DNA of 53,690 nucleotides, filler included, from Sluysia triapertura (taxonomy: Eukaryota): the NCBI GenBank assembly GCA_046118255.1. It is 4 parts of 4 records of this genome, joined end to end, with 100 filler letters (N's around TTAATTAATTAA, not from the genome) between each part and the next. Parts side by side here need not be neighbours in the genome. Positions count along the whole stretch, not along the records: positions 30,208 to 41,647 come from JBJNIA010184735.1; positions 41,748 to 53,690 come from JBJNIA010154382.1; 2 more parts are not named here. One strand, written 5' to 3'. The number at the start of each line of letters is the position of its first letter. Position 1 is the stretch's first letter. The notes under the pieces are model-generated. The model was not told the origin of the DNA. It was given only the letters and a program-made list of their open reading frames with translations, and ran no database searches. A program made the translations under genes and the position numbers. This document shows, piece after piece, positions 39,741 through 51,378 of the stretch.

Positions 39741-41647
39741 ATGACTTAGAATCCATATTTTAAATTTAACTGTAACCTAAAGTATAAATAATCATTAAAT
39801 AAAAAATATTTTTTATTATTTTTATTATTTTATTTTAATGCATTTTGGATTACTAAATTTTAATAAATATAACAAACCTTATACAATTTAAATATTAGAA
39901 AATAAATTTAAATGCAAAATTTCATATTTCCATGTCTGTTTAAGATAGGATTTATACTTTATAGTTTTAATGCAATTTGACATTTGAATATCTTTACTCA
40001 CTTTGTTTTAATTAATAAGATTTTGGTCGATGTTCTAAATTTTATAGTTGCAACTCTATGTTACCATAGAGTTACTTTTGACTTATCTTTGGTTATTTAT
40101 TAATTTTAGTTTAAAATTTTCAATGTTTATCTTTATTATAAACTGACTATAGGTTATCGTGAGTATTTTAACTTGTCTCTTGATTGTCAGAAATATAAGT
40201 ATTAAATTCAGTATTTAAAATTCCCGGAAATTTTAAATCATGCTTTTGTAGTGCTTACGTATTACTCAAATGAAAACGTATTGTCCGCTACTCTAAGTTT
40301 AAATTAGGCTTTGACTCTTTAAACTTATTCTTTACTAAAGATTAATAACTCTTACTTTAAAATTATTAACTTCAAACAAATAAAACTTTTGTTTTTAATT
40401 CTCTTATAATCAATCCCATTTATTTCTACAATTAATAACTTTTAACTACTCAAATTGTCTCAATATTTTGTATAATATTTAATGATTTTAAAACTTTAAT
40501 ATAAAAAGCCTATCAGAAAAATTGCAGTTCTAACTCGTCTCTGATATAAGAGATGGAAATGTTATAAGTATGAATCTAAATTCAAAAACCTTTTTAATGA
40601 AGAATTAAGGTATTTATTATTATAAAAGAAAATAGAAAATCTTTGCTCACAGTTTAAAAGAAACATACATTTTGTTCAATTTTAAATCAACTTTTTTAAT
40701 TTACAAAATTTTATAAGAAAATAATTTACTGTACTCAGTTTCAGTACTCGAGTTAAAAATTAGTTTCCAACAATGTCTATGATTTAAAAACAAATATTGT
40801 GTTTTGAAAGCGGATTTCTTATGCTCTTATACTATTTTTTGTGTTGAACTTTTGTAACCAATAAAATCTTAATTTTCATCGCGTAAGATCTTTTTTCACA
40901 AGTATTCTGCCTTTATATGATATTTCGCTCTCTGATGAATCTAATTCTATAATATCTTATATATATATATATATATAAATAGCTAAATAGCCCATTTCTG
41001 CTTACATGTTAGTTAATTACAGTGCATAATATTACATTAGTTATATATTATTGCTATATTATGTGCTATATTTATTTATATTCACCTGGCTAGCTCGGTA
41101 TTTGTTTTGACCGCTAGTATTCACTTTTAGTGGATTTTTCACGTTTAATTGACTTGTTCGTTTGATTAGTGAAAGCTAATTAAATGTGACGATTCCTGCC
41201 TTCTTTTTCGCGTTAATTTGTTAAAAGTGTGAAACTTGTATTTATCATATAAATACGTATAGTATATATAAATATATAGAGGGATAAAATACACAGTTAC
41301 GCAAATAGTAAAAACAGAAACTTATATCAGTGCAATAAAATAGTAAATAATAGTAATTATGTTGTTATTGAGTTTTAGAAAAGAATTTTTCTTATTTTAT
41401 CTAAGCATAAGTCATTTAAATTCATGAAGATATAGTTTAACTATAAGTTCTGTAATAACTGCAATGCTAAATTTTCAGAACCCGTGTTACATATAAAAAC
41501 TTCAGGTGCTGAAATTTCTATGTAATATAAAAACATATAATACTAAATCCTTTACAATACACTTACATTTGTAAATTTGTAGTAAATTACTTTGTAGGTA
41601 CTTCCGTAACCTGCAGTATGAGTTGTGATGCAGTTATTCATGTAGTG

Positions 41648-41747
41648 NNNNNNNNNNNNNNNNNNNNNNNNNNNNNNNNNNNNNNNNNNNNTTAATTAAT
41701 TAANNNNNNNNNNNNNNNNNNNNNNNNNNNNNNNNNNNNNNNNNNNN
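41648..41747. other. Artificial contig-joining spacer
   Basis: N44-TTAATTAATTAA-N44. Confidence 0.97.
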
Positions 41748-43269
41748 ATATATATATATCCCAAAGCGACTTTTTGGTGGCGCAATATCTACTGTACAAA
41801 GTAGATTAAAGTTTTTGTTTTAATGAATAAAAAGGAAAACAATAGATAATTATTAATTAATTAATTTGAATAAAACATTATGTTTAAAGCTTTATCGTCT
41901 ATAATTATTAATTGTATTTGTTATTATTTGTTTTGTTACAGTTTATTTATAATAAATTTTGTAAATTATTTTGTTTTGGGGGACAATTACCATTGGTAAC
42001 ATGTTCGCTTGAGAAGAAAATCTTGCACTAGAGCCCATGAAATTTTTTCTTATGAAATGACTTTAAATAGCATTGGATTTTTTAACTGCGCAAAAATAGT
42101 CTAACACCTTATCGAAAACTGATAGGATGAACACATCGAGTAAGACCAGATACGTCGCTTATATGATTAACTAATGTATCATTTTTCTTTTAGGTCAAAA
42201 AGCGTACCATGGAGAATACAATCAGTTCTGTCGTCGATGTCAAGCAGAAAGTGGTGTGTGTTTTATTTTTGATAAGTACGACAGAAAAGAAAAATTTATC
42301 AAGTAATATTCTTTTTCTATAAATTTTTATGATACTAGAAATTTGATTGGTTAATATTAAAAATGTTTGAAATACTTCTTTTAAAATTATTTGCTGCCTT
42401 AAGCAAACAAACATAATTTGCTTGTCTAAAAACTAAAATTATCACACATTTTCAAAATGTTTTGAGGAAAACTATTGACGGCTATAATCATAATTTGTTT
42501 ATCATAACATCATGTTCTGACTTGTTCAAGACATTAATATTCGTACAAAAAATGTTCTGAGCTGTTAAGTACAGTGTTATGTTCATTAATGGAAATATTT
42601 TTGTTGGCTATAGCCATCATTTACTTTCAAGTTGACAAAAATTGGCGTATTTTGGGATAAGGTGTTAATTTAAAGCGCTGATAAGTCTTTGCAAATATTA
42701 TGAAAGTTTGTTTTATACATAAGCACAATTGAACTAATTTGATGTTATCTTTACTTGTCTGTGTTTTTCGCGTTTTAAAACTCAATTAAAATCTTAACTA
42801 TATTATCCAAATTTCCACAATGATATTAAATAACTGAAGTAACTGAAAGTCTATTTGGTAAAAAACAACCCAGTAAATTAAATAATATAATGTATAACTG
42901 GTTTCTTTATAGTAAAAATACGCCAAATATAGTTATCGAGAATGAATAAGAGCGATTATTATTATGTGCCTGTACTTGTAATACTTTTGTTTTCCAAATG
43001 TCTGATTTCTCTTAGATCCATAGATAAACTTAAGTGATATTTCGATTTATGTATATTACGTATGCATAAGTTTATACAGTTATATTTGGAATTTTGTTTT
43101 GTTAAGACGATGAAACAAGGGGACATAAAGTACTGTGTACTTTAATTTTCTTCAATACATGCTTACATCTTTACTCTGAAGTTAAATGACAACGGTAATT
43201 ATTCAAGGATTATTGATTGATTCTTTATTGAATTTTTTAATATAGACATTGTTTATTATTTTCGTTAAG

Positions 43270-43538
43270 TTATCATCATTATTTGTTACCAAACCTGGTG
43301 AATTGTGTGGTGTCGAATCGATCATAACAACAGAACCAAGTTTTTATTCTATTCGAACCAATGAAATCACTCAAGTGATCATATTGGCGCGTGATTTTGT
43401 TTATTCATTAATTAAAGAAAATAAGAACGTTTTGTTAAAATTAGGCAGTTTAGTTGTTCGACGTATGTCACCATTTCTGCGACAAATTGATTTCGCATTA
43501 GAATGGACGAATATCAGAGCTGGCCAAGCACTTTATAT
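43270..43538 (+). CDS. PNPLA6: PNPLA6/7 (neuropathy target esterase/swiss cheese) exon 'e': second half of cNMP-binding domain 2 and start of domain 3
   Basis: ttaAG|LSSLFVTKPGELCGVESIITTEPSFYSIRT...VVRRMSPFLRQIDFALEWTNIRAGQALY|GTTAGT. RMSPF.RQ.DFA..W....AG.ALY is the NTE signature. Starts in phase 0, ends in phase 2. Confidence 0.92.
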
Positions 43539-43573
43539 GTTAGTTTATATATTACTATTTATACAAGTTTTAA

Positions 43574-43955
43574 CCCTTTGCGGTCCTATTTAATTCCAAC
43601 GAAAACACCAAAAAACATACTCAAATCGAATTTAAATTATTTATTAATTTAATACGTTATGTTATATTTATGTATTCTAAATTCTAGCTTACCAATATAA
43701 TGACACTAATATTCCTATTTGTTTACGATATTACACTTGCATAACTCCGATAAAACTAATCTGTATACTTCGCACATAGTACAGTGGTAGTATAGTGGTC
43801 CGAACTTGACGATAATAACGTGTGGGTGCAAATAAAAATACAAAATGTAAACATTTTCTTATCGGACCATCTTCACCATGTAACAGATTACATAAACGTT
43901 TCAATGTTTATGTTAAATTAGCCTCGGGGCTGCCTCGACAGTGAAGCGCAAAGGG
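43574..43955. mobile_element. piggyBac-like non-autonomous element (MITE), 382 bp
   Basis: TTAA|CCCTTTGCG ... CGCAAAGGG|TTAA. Confidence 0.85.
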
Positions 43956-44081
43956 TTAATATATGCTAATTTTATTACATTAGAAATATAAATGTGTTTT
44001 ATAATACGTGTTTCGCGATTTTAAAATTAATACATTTTTTAGTATGTTTAGTTTCTAACATTGGCATTTATTTTTTATATT

Positions 44082-44122
<41 letters not shown>

Positions 44123-44125
44123 CAG

Positions 44126-44255
44126 GAGAGTTTAGCTTTACCAGATTGTCAAGTACTTCTTTTAGCAAATAAATATCCTAATACCAGTGATCATATTCTT
44201 CTTAGAAGTTTATCTACAACTTCTATTGGTGGAAGTGCTGGTCAAGATTTTAAAG
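44126..44255 (+). CDS. PNPLA6: PNPLA6/7 exon 'a' (linker after cNMP domain 1)
   Basis: tacAG|ESLALPDCQVLLLANKYP...GQDFK G|GTTATT. ESLALP resembles PNPLA7 ESQAIP; phase chains with the next three exons. Confidence 0.6.
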
Positions 44256-45076
44256 GTTATTGAGTTTTTCAAGATTTATTTGAAATATATTTAATGAATT
44301 GTTTTTCTAGAGATTTTCTAAGGAATTTTTTTACATATAAAAATTTAATAATTTAATAATACAATTTAATAATAAAGATTATGGGTGACTTTGGAAATTA
44401 TGGTTTCGAATTTAATTATTTCTAGTACTTTGATTCCACTATATGCTGAATTTAACATCATTTACCACTAAAAGAGTGCTAAGATCTAAAAACGAATATA
44501 TGTTCGAGTTCAACAATGCGTTATTGTTCTTTATATCTTCTTCATAAAGCATAATCTTTACGAGTTTACATAGCACTTTTAAACTACCATCAATATGAGT
44601 ATTTGATTTTCAATTTCAAGAAAGTTACTATGGCATTTTAACATTGCTTTTAGATAAGTATATTTAAAAGATCCAAGTACTTTTCTATCATCACCTTTAT
44701 CACTGAACTTATTGTTAATTTCTCTACCTTGAGTAGTTCGTATGTATCTGTCTAAGCGTTACTATTCCATTTTGCTTATATAATTGTGTCTATATTTAAT
44801 CGTTAACATTATCAGCGGAGAATAGATTCTGCTTTAAAATGTATCTGATACTCAAAAATATGTAAATGATAAAGCAAAATCCATAGTAATGGTATACAAC
44901 ATTTACTATGTTTAGATTCAAAGGTAAGGAACTTACATACCATTACATACAAAAACGATTACATACATCCAATGAAAATTAAAGATTCTATTTAATTTTT
45001 GAATTTATTTCAGAACTTTATTATTATTATTATATTATTATTATTATTATTATTAATTATTATTATTATTATTAAG

Positions 45077-45214
45077 AAATCAATTTCATTAATGTTCATT
45101 CATCTTCAAGTTCTCAGACAAATTCTTCCAGTGGGAGCAATTTGAATCGTCTCCAAGATTTGGAACTCGGTGAAGCCAAAAATTCTACTGTTGTCAGATC
45201 TACATCTATACATC
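45077..45214 (+). CDS. PNPLA6: PNPLA6/7 exon 'b' (Ser-rich linker)
   Basis: ttaAG|(E)INFINVHSSSSSQTNSSSGSNLNRLQDLELGEAKNSTVVRSTSIH C|GTAAGT; phase 1 at both ends. Confidence 0.6.
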
Positions 45215-45625
45215 GTAAGTGTCAACTATTGATTTATTCTACTCATTATTTCAATTTATTTCAATAATTGTGAACTTTTATCAAAAATTTCAATTAACTT
45301 CAATTAAAATATTTTAAAGTTAATTCTATGTAATTCTATTTTGAGGATTTACAACACTAAATGAATTATTACAATACTACATTCATATCAAAGTACGCCT
45401 ACTATAAAAACAAATAAAACATGAACTGATTACCGGATAACCTTTTTATAAATAAAATAAAATACGAATATTATTATATTCGTCTTCTTTCAATTAGTAT
45501 TTTTACTGTCTACGATCATTGTCTTACATTCATTACACAGATTACACGATTTTATTTCTAAGTTAAATGTCGTTGCCTGTTTGGTCTGTTGAATATTATT
45601 TGCCTTCTAAATATTTACATTTTAA

Positions 45626-45697
45626 TCCTTTCGATACGGTAGGTACACACATTTGTACCACATACAACCGCGATATTTGAATACCGTGCCGAAAGGG
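45626..45697. mobile_element. 72-bp piggyBac-like mini-element
   Basis: TTAA|TCCTTTCGATACGGTA ... TACCGTGCCGAAAGGG|TTGA; imperfect 16-bp TIRs. Confidence 0.7.
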
Positions 45698-46654
45698 TTG
45701 AATAAGGCTCTAAATATTGTTAATTAAGCAAGAAAGTATTTTCAACTATTAAGATCATAATTGAACAACAATTGGGTAATTTTATTTGTAAAATATTTAT
45801 ATAATTATTCTTGGAGTACAGGCCTCTAAAGTGCCATTTAGAATGACTTTAATAAAACAAAATGGAAATGAAAGAAAGTTCAAAAATTATAAATTGTAAA
45901 CCATGTTTTTAAAATATTTTAGTAATATTTTACATGCTTTAATTTGAGTGTGGATTATAAAATTTTTTCACTCAAGTTAAACATTATGTATTTTTAATTA
46001 TGTATTATAGTTGTGTGCCTTTAGTAATGACGATCATTCAAGTGATATATCTGTTATTACTATTATTATCATTATATTATTTTTAATTTAAAATAATTGC
46101 AAAATTGATTCCAAAAAGAGCTTGAAAAACCGAAAAATGGAATATTAAATGAAAATAGAAGGATAGGAGTGAAAAGAAGCAAATATTGAAACATGCAGTT
46201 AACTTATATTTACGATTTTTCTGTTTGGATTTATGAGAAATTCGAATGTTGGATAACAGTTGTAGATTCTAATCATTTAAGTAATTCATTAAATCCTTGT
46301 GGCCTACTGATTTTATTTGAATGCTGGTACCCAAAACCTTGGACTAAATAATTAAAATAAAAAGATCTATTTATAACAAATACTGAACTAATTTACTAAG
46401 TATTTCCTCTGTTCCCCGAAATATGGTATACATTTCAAAAAAATCGTAGATTATCGAGAGTATCGGAAATGTTCCTTATATTAGTATTGTATATATTGAA
46501 TGTCACTAACATAATTGACAGGTGTTGCGTTCGTGTAAAGTAAGAGAACTTGACGATCAAAGATAAGCTTTTTTAAGATTTAAAGAAAAGGCACTCTGAT
46601 GTATATAATATATTTTTTATGTTAAATTTTAGTTTTTATTTTTTTCGTCAATGT

Positions 46655-47153
46655 ATACTACCCTATTTTCGGACAAGAAATTAATAATTAATCAATATAA
46701 TGATTCATGGAATAATTATATTCCACTTAGGAATTGCTGCTTTTACAGTCATTTTCTACCAATATTATCTATATTGTTTAGTTAATATTTTTATCAACTA
46801 CTGCAGATGCCGTGCTTCCCCGAAAATAAAGCAGGGTAGAAAAAAATCATTTGCAAAACATCTTTAAATATTCAATTTTCATATCGATTAATTACAAGAA
46901 TATACTTTCGGAAGAAACTAAGCTTCTCCCGACTCCAGATTGTTATTTTATCGATCATCGGAACAAATTTTCTGCTATCACTTTCCATTTTATACATCAT
47001 AAAAGTTTGATGTTAAAAATAAAATCTGCTAATAACAAATAGATACCGTGTTTTCCTGAAACACGATACGACTATTGTTTTCTATTTTCTGGATTATAAG
47101 GTATGCCTTCTCAAATTTAACTAAAAAAACCTTATAATCCGTAAAATATGGTA
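46655..47153. mobile_element. Cluster of pogo/Tigger-type MITE termini
   Basis: TACCCTATTTTCGG...CCGAAAATAAAGCAGGGTA (~46658-46839) and TATTTTCTGGATTATAAGG...CCTTATAATCCGTAAAATATGGTA (~47083-47153). Confidence 0.55.
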
Positions 47154-47205
47154 ATTATAAACAGTTTATTTTAAACTTATATAGATAAAGATATACATTT
47201 TTAAG

Positions 47206-47378
47206 CTACTGTTAAAGAATTGAATCGTCTAACCCCAGTTTCAAAAGCTGGTAAAAATCGTATTCGTAGAAGTTCTTATACTTCGACATTAAAAGGTCGT
47301 TCCAGTAATTTTAAAGAACAATTTTATGAATACTTGAATGCTGCCAAGAATGATATTGCTAATATACTTGGTTTGAAA
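47206..47378 (+). CDS. PNPLA6: PNPLA6/7 exon 'c'
   Basis: ttaAG|(P)TVKELNRLTPVSK...FYEYLNAAKNDIANILGLK|GTATGT; resembles the NTE AAK..LA.L helix before cNMP domain 2. Confidence 0.75.
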
Positions 47379-48185
47379 GTATGTTGTTTTTTAATTATAT
47401 TTTCGTTATTAAATTGTTGTAGAATTTTACCTTTGTCATTTTATTGAATAAGTTAGTGTTTAGTGAAACTTACAAACTTAATCTGCTTTTACAATCTTTA
47501 ACCAGTCTTTCTAATGTTTCGTATTTTTCCATAAAGTAACTATCAGTTCAAGTCAATTTTATTAAAAATTTTCCTCCAATTGCAATCCATTCTGTTATAT
47601 ATCTTCCACAAAACACACCTTCCTAAAACGATTAATATTTCTCTTATCCTTCTTTTAATTGGCTCTTATTTTCTTTAATAACATTGGAGTTTTCTTCTCC
47701 AAGGGTTATTAACTCCTTGAGTCCTGATTTAATATATTGAACATATTTAATTTTACTCTAATATCTTGATGAATGAATACATTTATTTTATAAACATAAC
47801 CACAATATAATTTTATTCAGAAAACAAGTAAATGAATTTGGCGAATGAGACTCGTCATAGTAATCTATTACCAAGTCTAAAATGTATCGCAGTATTTCTT
47901 CATAAATGTTCTAAATGTTTATTTAATTTCATAAAACAAAATTTTATTAATTTTTAATTATGAAAATTAAATGTTACCTCGACATTTTTAAAGCGATTTT
48001 GACTGGTTTTCTATAAATAAACTTCTTTAAATAAACACAGGATGTTTTATAAGTTGGATCCAATTGAATAATAAATTTAGTAACAATTTTTTTAAATATT
48101 ATATAAGTTTTAAAAGTGTATCAATTTCATATGATTATGTATTAAAGCATTTAAATATCAAATTTAATATTATTGATTTATTCAG

Positions 48186-48335
48186 AATCAAACTGTACTA
48201 TCTAAATTGAAAATTACTATTGTTCAACCTAGTGTTACGTTAGTGCGAGAAAATGAGGAAGATACTGACATTTATTTTGTTGTTTCTGGAGAACTGATTG
48301 CACTCCAACATTCAATAGGAAAAGATACTTCTAAA
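48186..48335 (+). CDS. PNPLA6: PNPLA6/7 exon 'd' (first half of cNMP-binding domain 2)
   Basis: ttcAG|NQTVLSKLKITIVQPSVTLVRENEEDTDIYFVVSGELIALQHSIGKDTSK|GTACGT; cNMP-domain YFVVSGEL motif; ends in phase 0. Confidence 0.85.
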
Positions 48336-48500
48336 GTACGTATTTATTAATTGTTTTTATTTGTATAATAATTTAACTATTTCGAAAACTAATTATATAT
48401 TTACATGTGACGTAAATTTTAATAATAATTATTCTAATTAAATCTAAAATCTAGTAGATATAATTAACACCTTATCTTGCCCAAAAACGCACTTTTTAAA

Positions 48501-48980
48501 CCCTTTAACCGCCGCTGAGCGCATTTTTGCGAACTTAAATTTATTTGAGAGATTATATGAAATATATGTTAGCAAAACCATTAAAAAGCTGGCGCCACTT
48601 GTGCTAGTGTTAATTTCAAAATTAATAAAAAATGTATAATTTTTCATGAATTTTCAATAAAATAGTATAAAATGTGAAAATTGGTAAATTTAGCATTCTC
48701 TATCAAAGTGTTATATAGTGTGGAATGTTCTAATGTAATCTGCCATCTTCTAACAAAAGTAATAATAACTTTAGACTTATAACATTTTCACTTATTTTAT
48801 TTGATTCAATTATTTTTCTCAAAAAATGGTGGTATATTATTGAAATTACTTTGTGCACACACTATTATGCACATTATCCTTACTTAATCCTGTAAAACAA
48901 TACGTAACATGATCTGTTTGAGCCTGAGAAACTTGCAGAAATACGAGTGGGACCAATCGGTCCCATCGGCGGCGAAAGGG
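48501..48980. mobile_element. piggyBac-like non-autonomous element (MITE), 480 bp
   Basis: TAAA|CCCTTTAACCGCCG ... CGGCGGCGAAAGGG|TTAA, with a subterminal palindrome TGGGACC..GGTCCCA. Confidence 0.8.
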
Positions 48981-49278
48981 TTAATTGACAACTAATGATA
49001 CTAATACTTATTATAATGATATCTTTTTCTTTAAATGTATTAGTAACTATATAATTTAAGTTTAGTATTTTTTTAGCATATTTAGATACGTTATATATAA
49101 ATTCTTATTTTAACGTAACTTTCTGTTAAATATACTTATTAAATAATTATTGCGCGTTTTTTTAATTTCATATTAAAACTATGCATTTAAATCTATAAAA
49201 GCAATAAAATAAAATGAATAAAGATATTAGTGACTGTGATGGTAAATTTTAATTCTTAATAATAATTATAATGCATAG

Positions 49279-49599
49279 ATGATCTGGAATTAGAACCTTG
49301 TCCTCATTGCTTTAGAACATTTAATGTGGATTCCTTAGTAAGTTTTATCTTTATTATTTTTATGTAGAAAAGACATAAAGCAATTTGCTACAAATTTCAA
49401 AAAAGTGAAAAATTGCGACAACGCAATTTAAAAACTAAAAGTTATTTGAAACTTCAAAATAAAGATGTTAATATGGCACAAATTGAAGAAATATTAGAGA
49501 GAAAGCAAATACGAAGAAATAAGTGGAGAAAAGATCATGAACGGTTTATTAACAAAATATTAACACTTTTGAAGTTAAAGAATGAGACCCTTTATGAAG
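49279..49599 (+). CDS. ZC2HC1-family zinc-finger protein, two exons (49279-49337 and 49368-49599) split by a 30-nt intron
   Basis: DLELEPCPHCFRTFNVDSL|KRHKAICYK forms a C-x2-C-x11-H-x3-C finger only after splicing; downstream NKWRKDHERFIN matches the ZC2HC1 WR..HE.FI motif. Confidence 0.8.
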
Positions 49600-51334
49600 G
49601 TTATAAGTATACATTTAGTAAACTGAATTTATTTCATTAAAACGCTTAAATTAATTTTAATAATTTTAAAACTGTAAATTAATTTTTACTGTAAATTAAC
49701 ATTACTTATGCAAATTACTAATTTTTATTTAATTGCTTTAAGTCTGAGACAAATATGTCTTAACGTAATACAAATTCAGACATTTTAAAATTATAGCCGA
49801 TTAAGTATAAACATTTTTGGTTTTTTATGTTTTCATCTATTTTTGATTGTATTATTTGACACATTGGGTCAAATTATCCCAAAATAAATTCAACAAAATA
49901 ATTAAGCTTAAGAAAATCCATTAAAACAATTGTTACATGCTGGAAATATAGTTTTATTTCAATTTTTTTGCCTTTAGACTCACATTGACATTTTCTCGCC
50001 TTTTAGTCTTTAATTCATTAAGAATTTCAATTAAGAAATTCTTTGAATAAAAAATACTCATTTCTAAAGAAAATTATTTTGTATATTATCTTGTCTTGTG
50101 ATTGAATTTTTGAGGACAGTCTGGATATTTTGTTGAAAATAAATGCTTGTTGTGCATTGCTAAATCAAGAATATTACTGGAACTAAATGATATTTTTATA
50201 CATTAAATATAAATAATCGTAAAGTGTTTTTTGGTTACCATAAAATGTTAATATCTAATAAATTCAATTAAAATATATAATGCTAAATTTTTTGCTCAAC
50301 TTTATTGATTGTATAAATGATTTGGAGATTTGAAGATAACTAATTTGCTTTGATTAACTAATATAGTAATACCTGAGAGCTTATACAGTAATTTGTATAA
50401 ATTTGATGTTATGGAATTCAAAAGGTTATAATCAGTGTGCAATGAATGTATTGAATATGAATATTGAAATAACAAAGAGAAGGTTCAAATAAATTAACAT
50501 TATGAAAATATGTCTTAAAAGACTCAAATAAAACAATTGATTACAAAGATACTATATACAAATAATAACAATGTGTTGGTTCAATTTTTACTTAAAAAAT
50601 TATTAATAATTTCAACAAAATATCACAGTTATAACAGCTTAAACTGTAAATCAAATGCACAAACAATTAAACAGTTCAACATATAAAATCTTTAAACTTT
50701 AAAATAACTATTAACGAATAAATATTAATGTGATAATGGAAAAATTATATGATTCATTTTTCAATGATGATTGATTTCAATTAACAAATCTTTTCGCAGT
50801 TATTTGGACCCGATTAAATAAATTAGACAAAAAATTAAATTTTGCTTTAACTCATTTTCCAATTATAGAAGATAGTTTAACAAGAAAGTGAAATACCACA
50901 GAAAGAAAAGAACTGTTAGTGGATGAGTATTTTGTATGTGAACAAAGTCATGCTTATAAAAAAGTAAAGAGCAAGGAACTAGAAGTGTTTGACAATAATG
51001 AAAATGGAACGTAATGCATTACGCGAAGAACATGATAAATTATGCTCTTTAATTGAAGAATATTCTAAAACACTTCATAAAAGAACTTATAATATCAAGA
51101 ATTTTAAATAATATTAAAAATATCTTTAGATTATTAAAACTTAATTTAGGCTTAAGGCCTTGAAAATAGCTAGTTAATTCATGAATTATTTTCATGATAA
51201 TAGTTTTAATTATAATAATTATAAATTATTACGACTGTGTTTATGTTTTGTATGTATTGAGTAATTTGTTTATGTAAGAAGTGTTGATTTGTGTTGGTGT
51301 TTGTTTGTGATTTTCATGATCTGGAGTTCTCTAC

Positions 51335-51378
<44 letters not shown>

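Noticed and set aside
42193-42252. Exon-like segment after a strong acceptor, upstream of NTE exon e
   Set aside because: None of the three frames resembles NTE exon d or another recognisable protein, so it does not explain the exon order.
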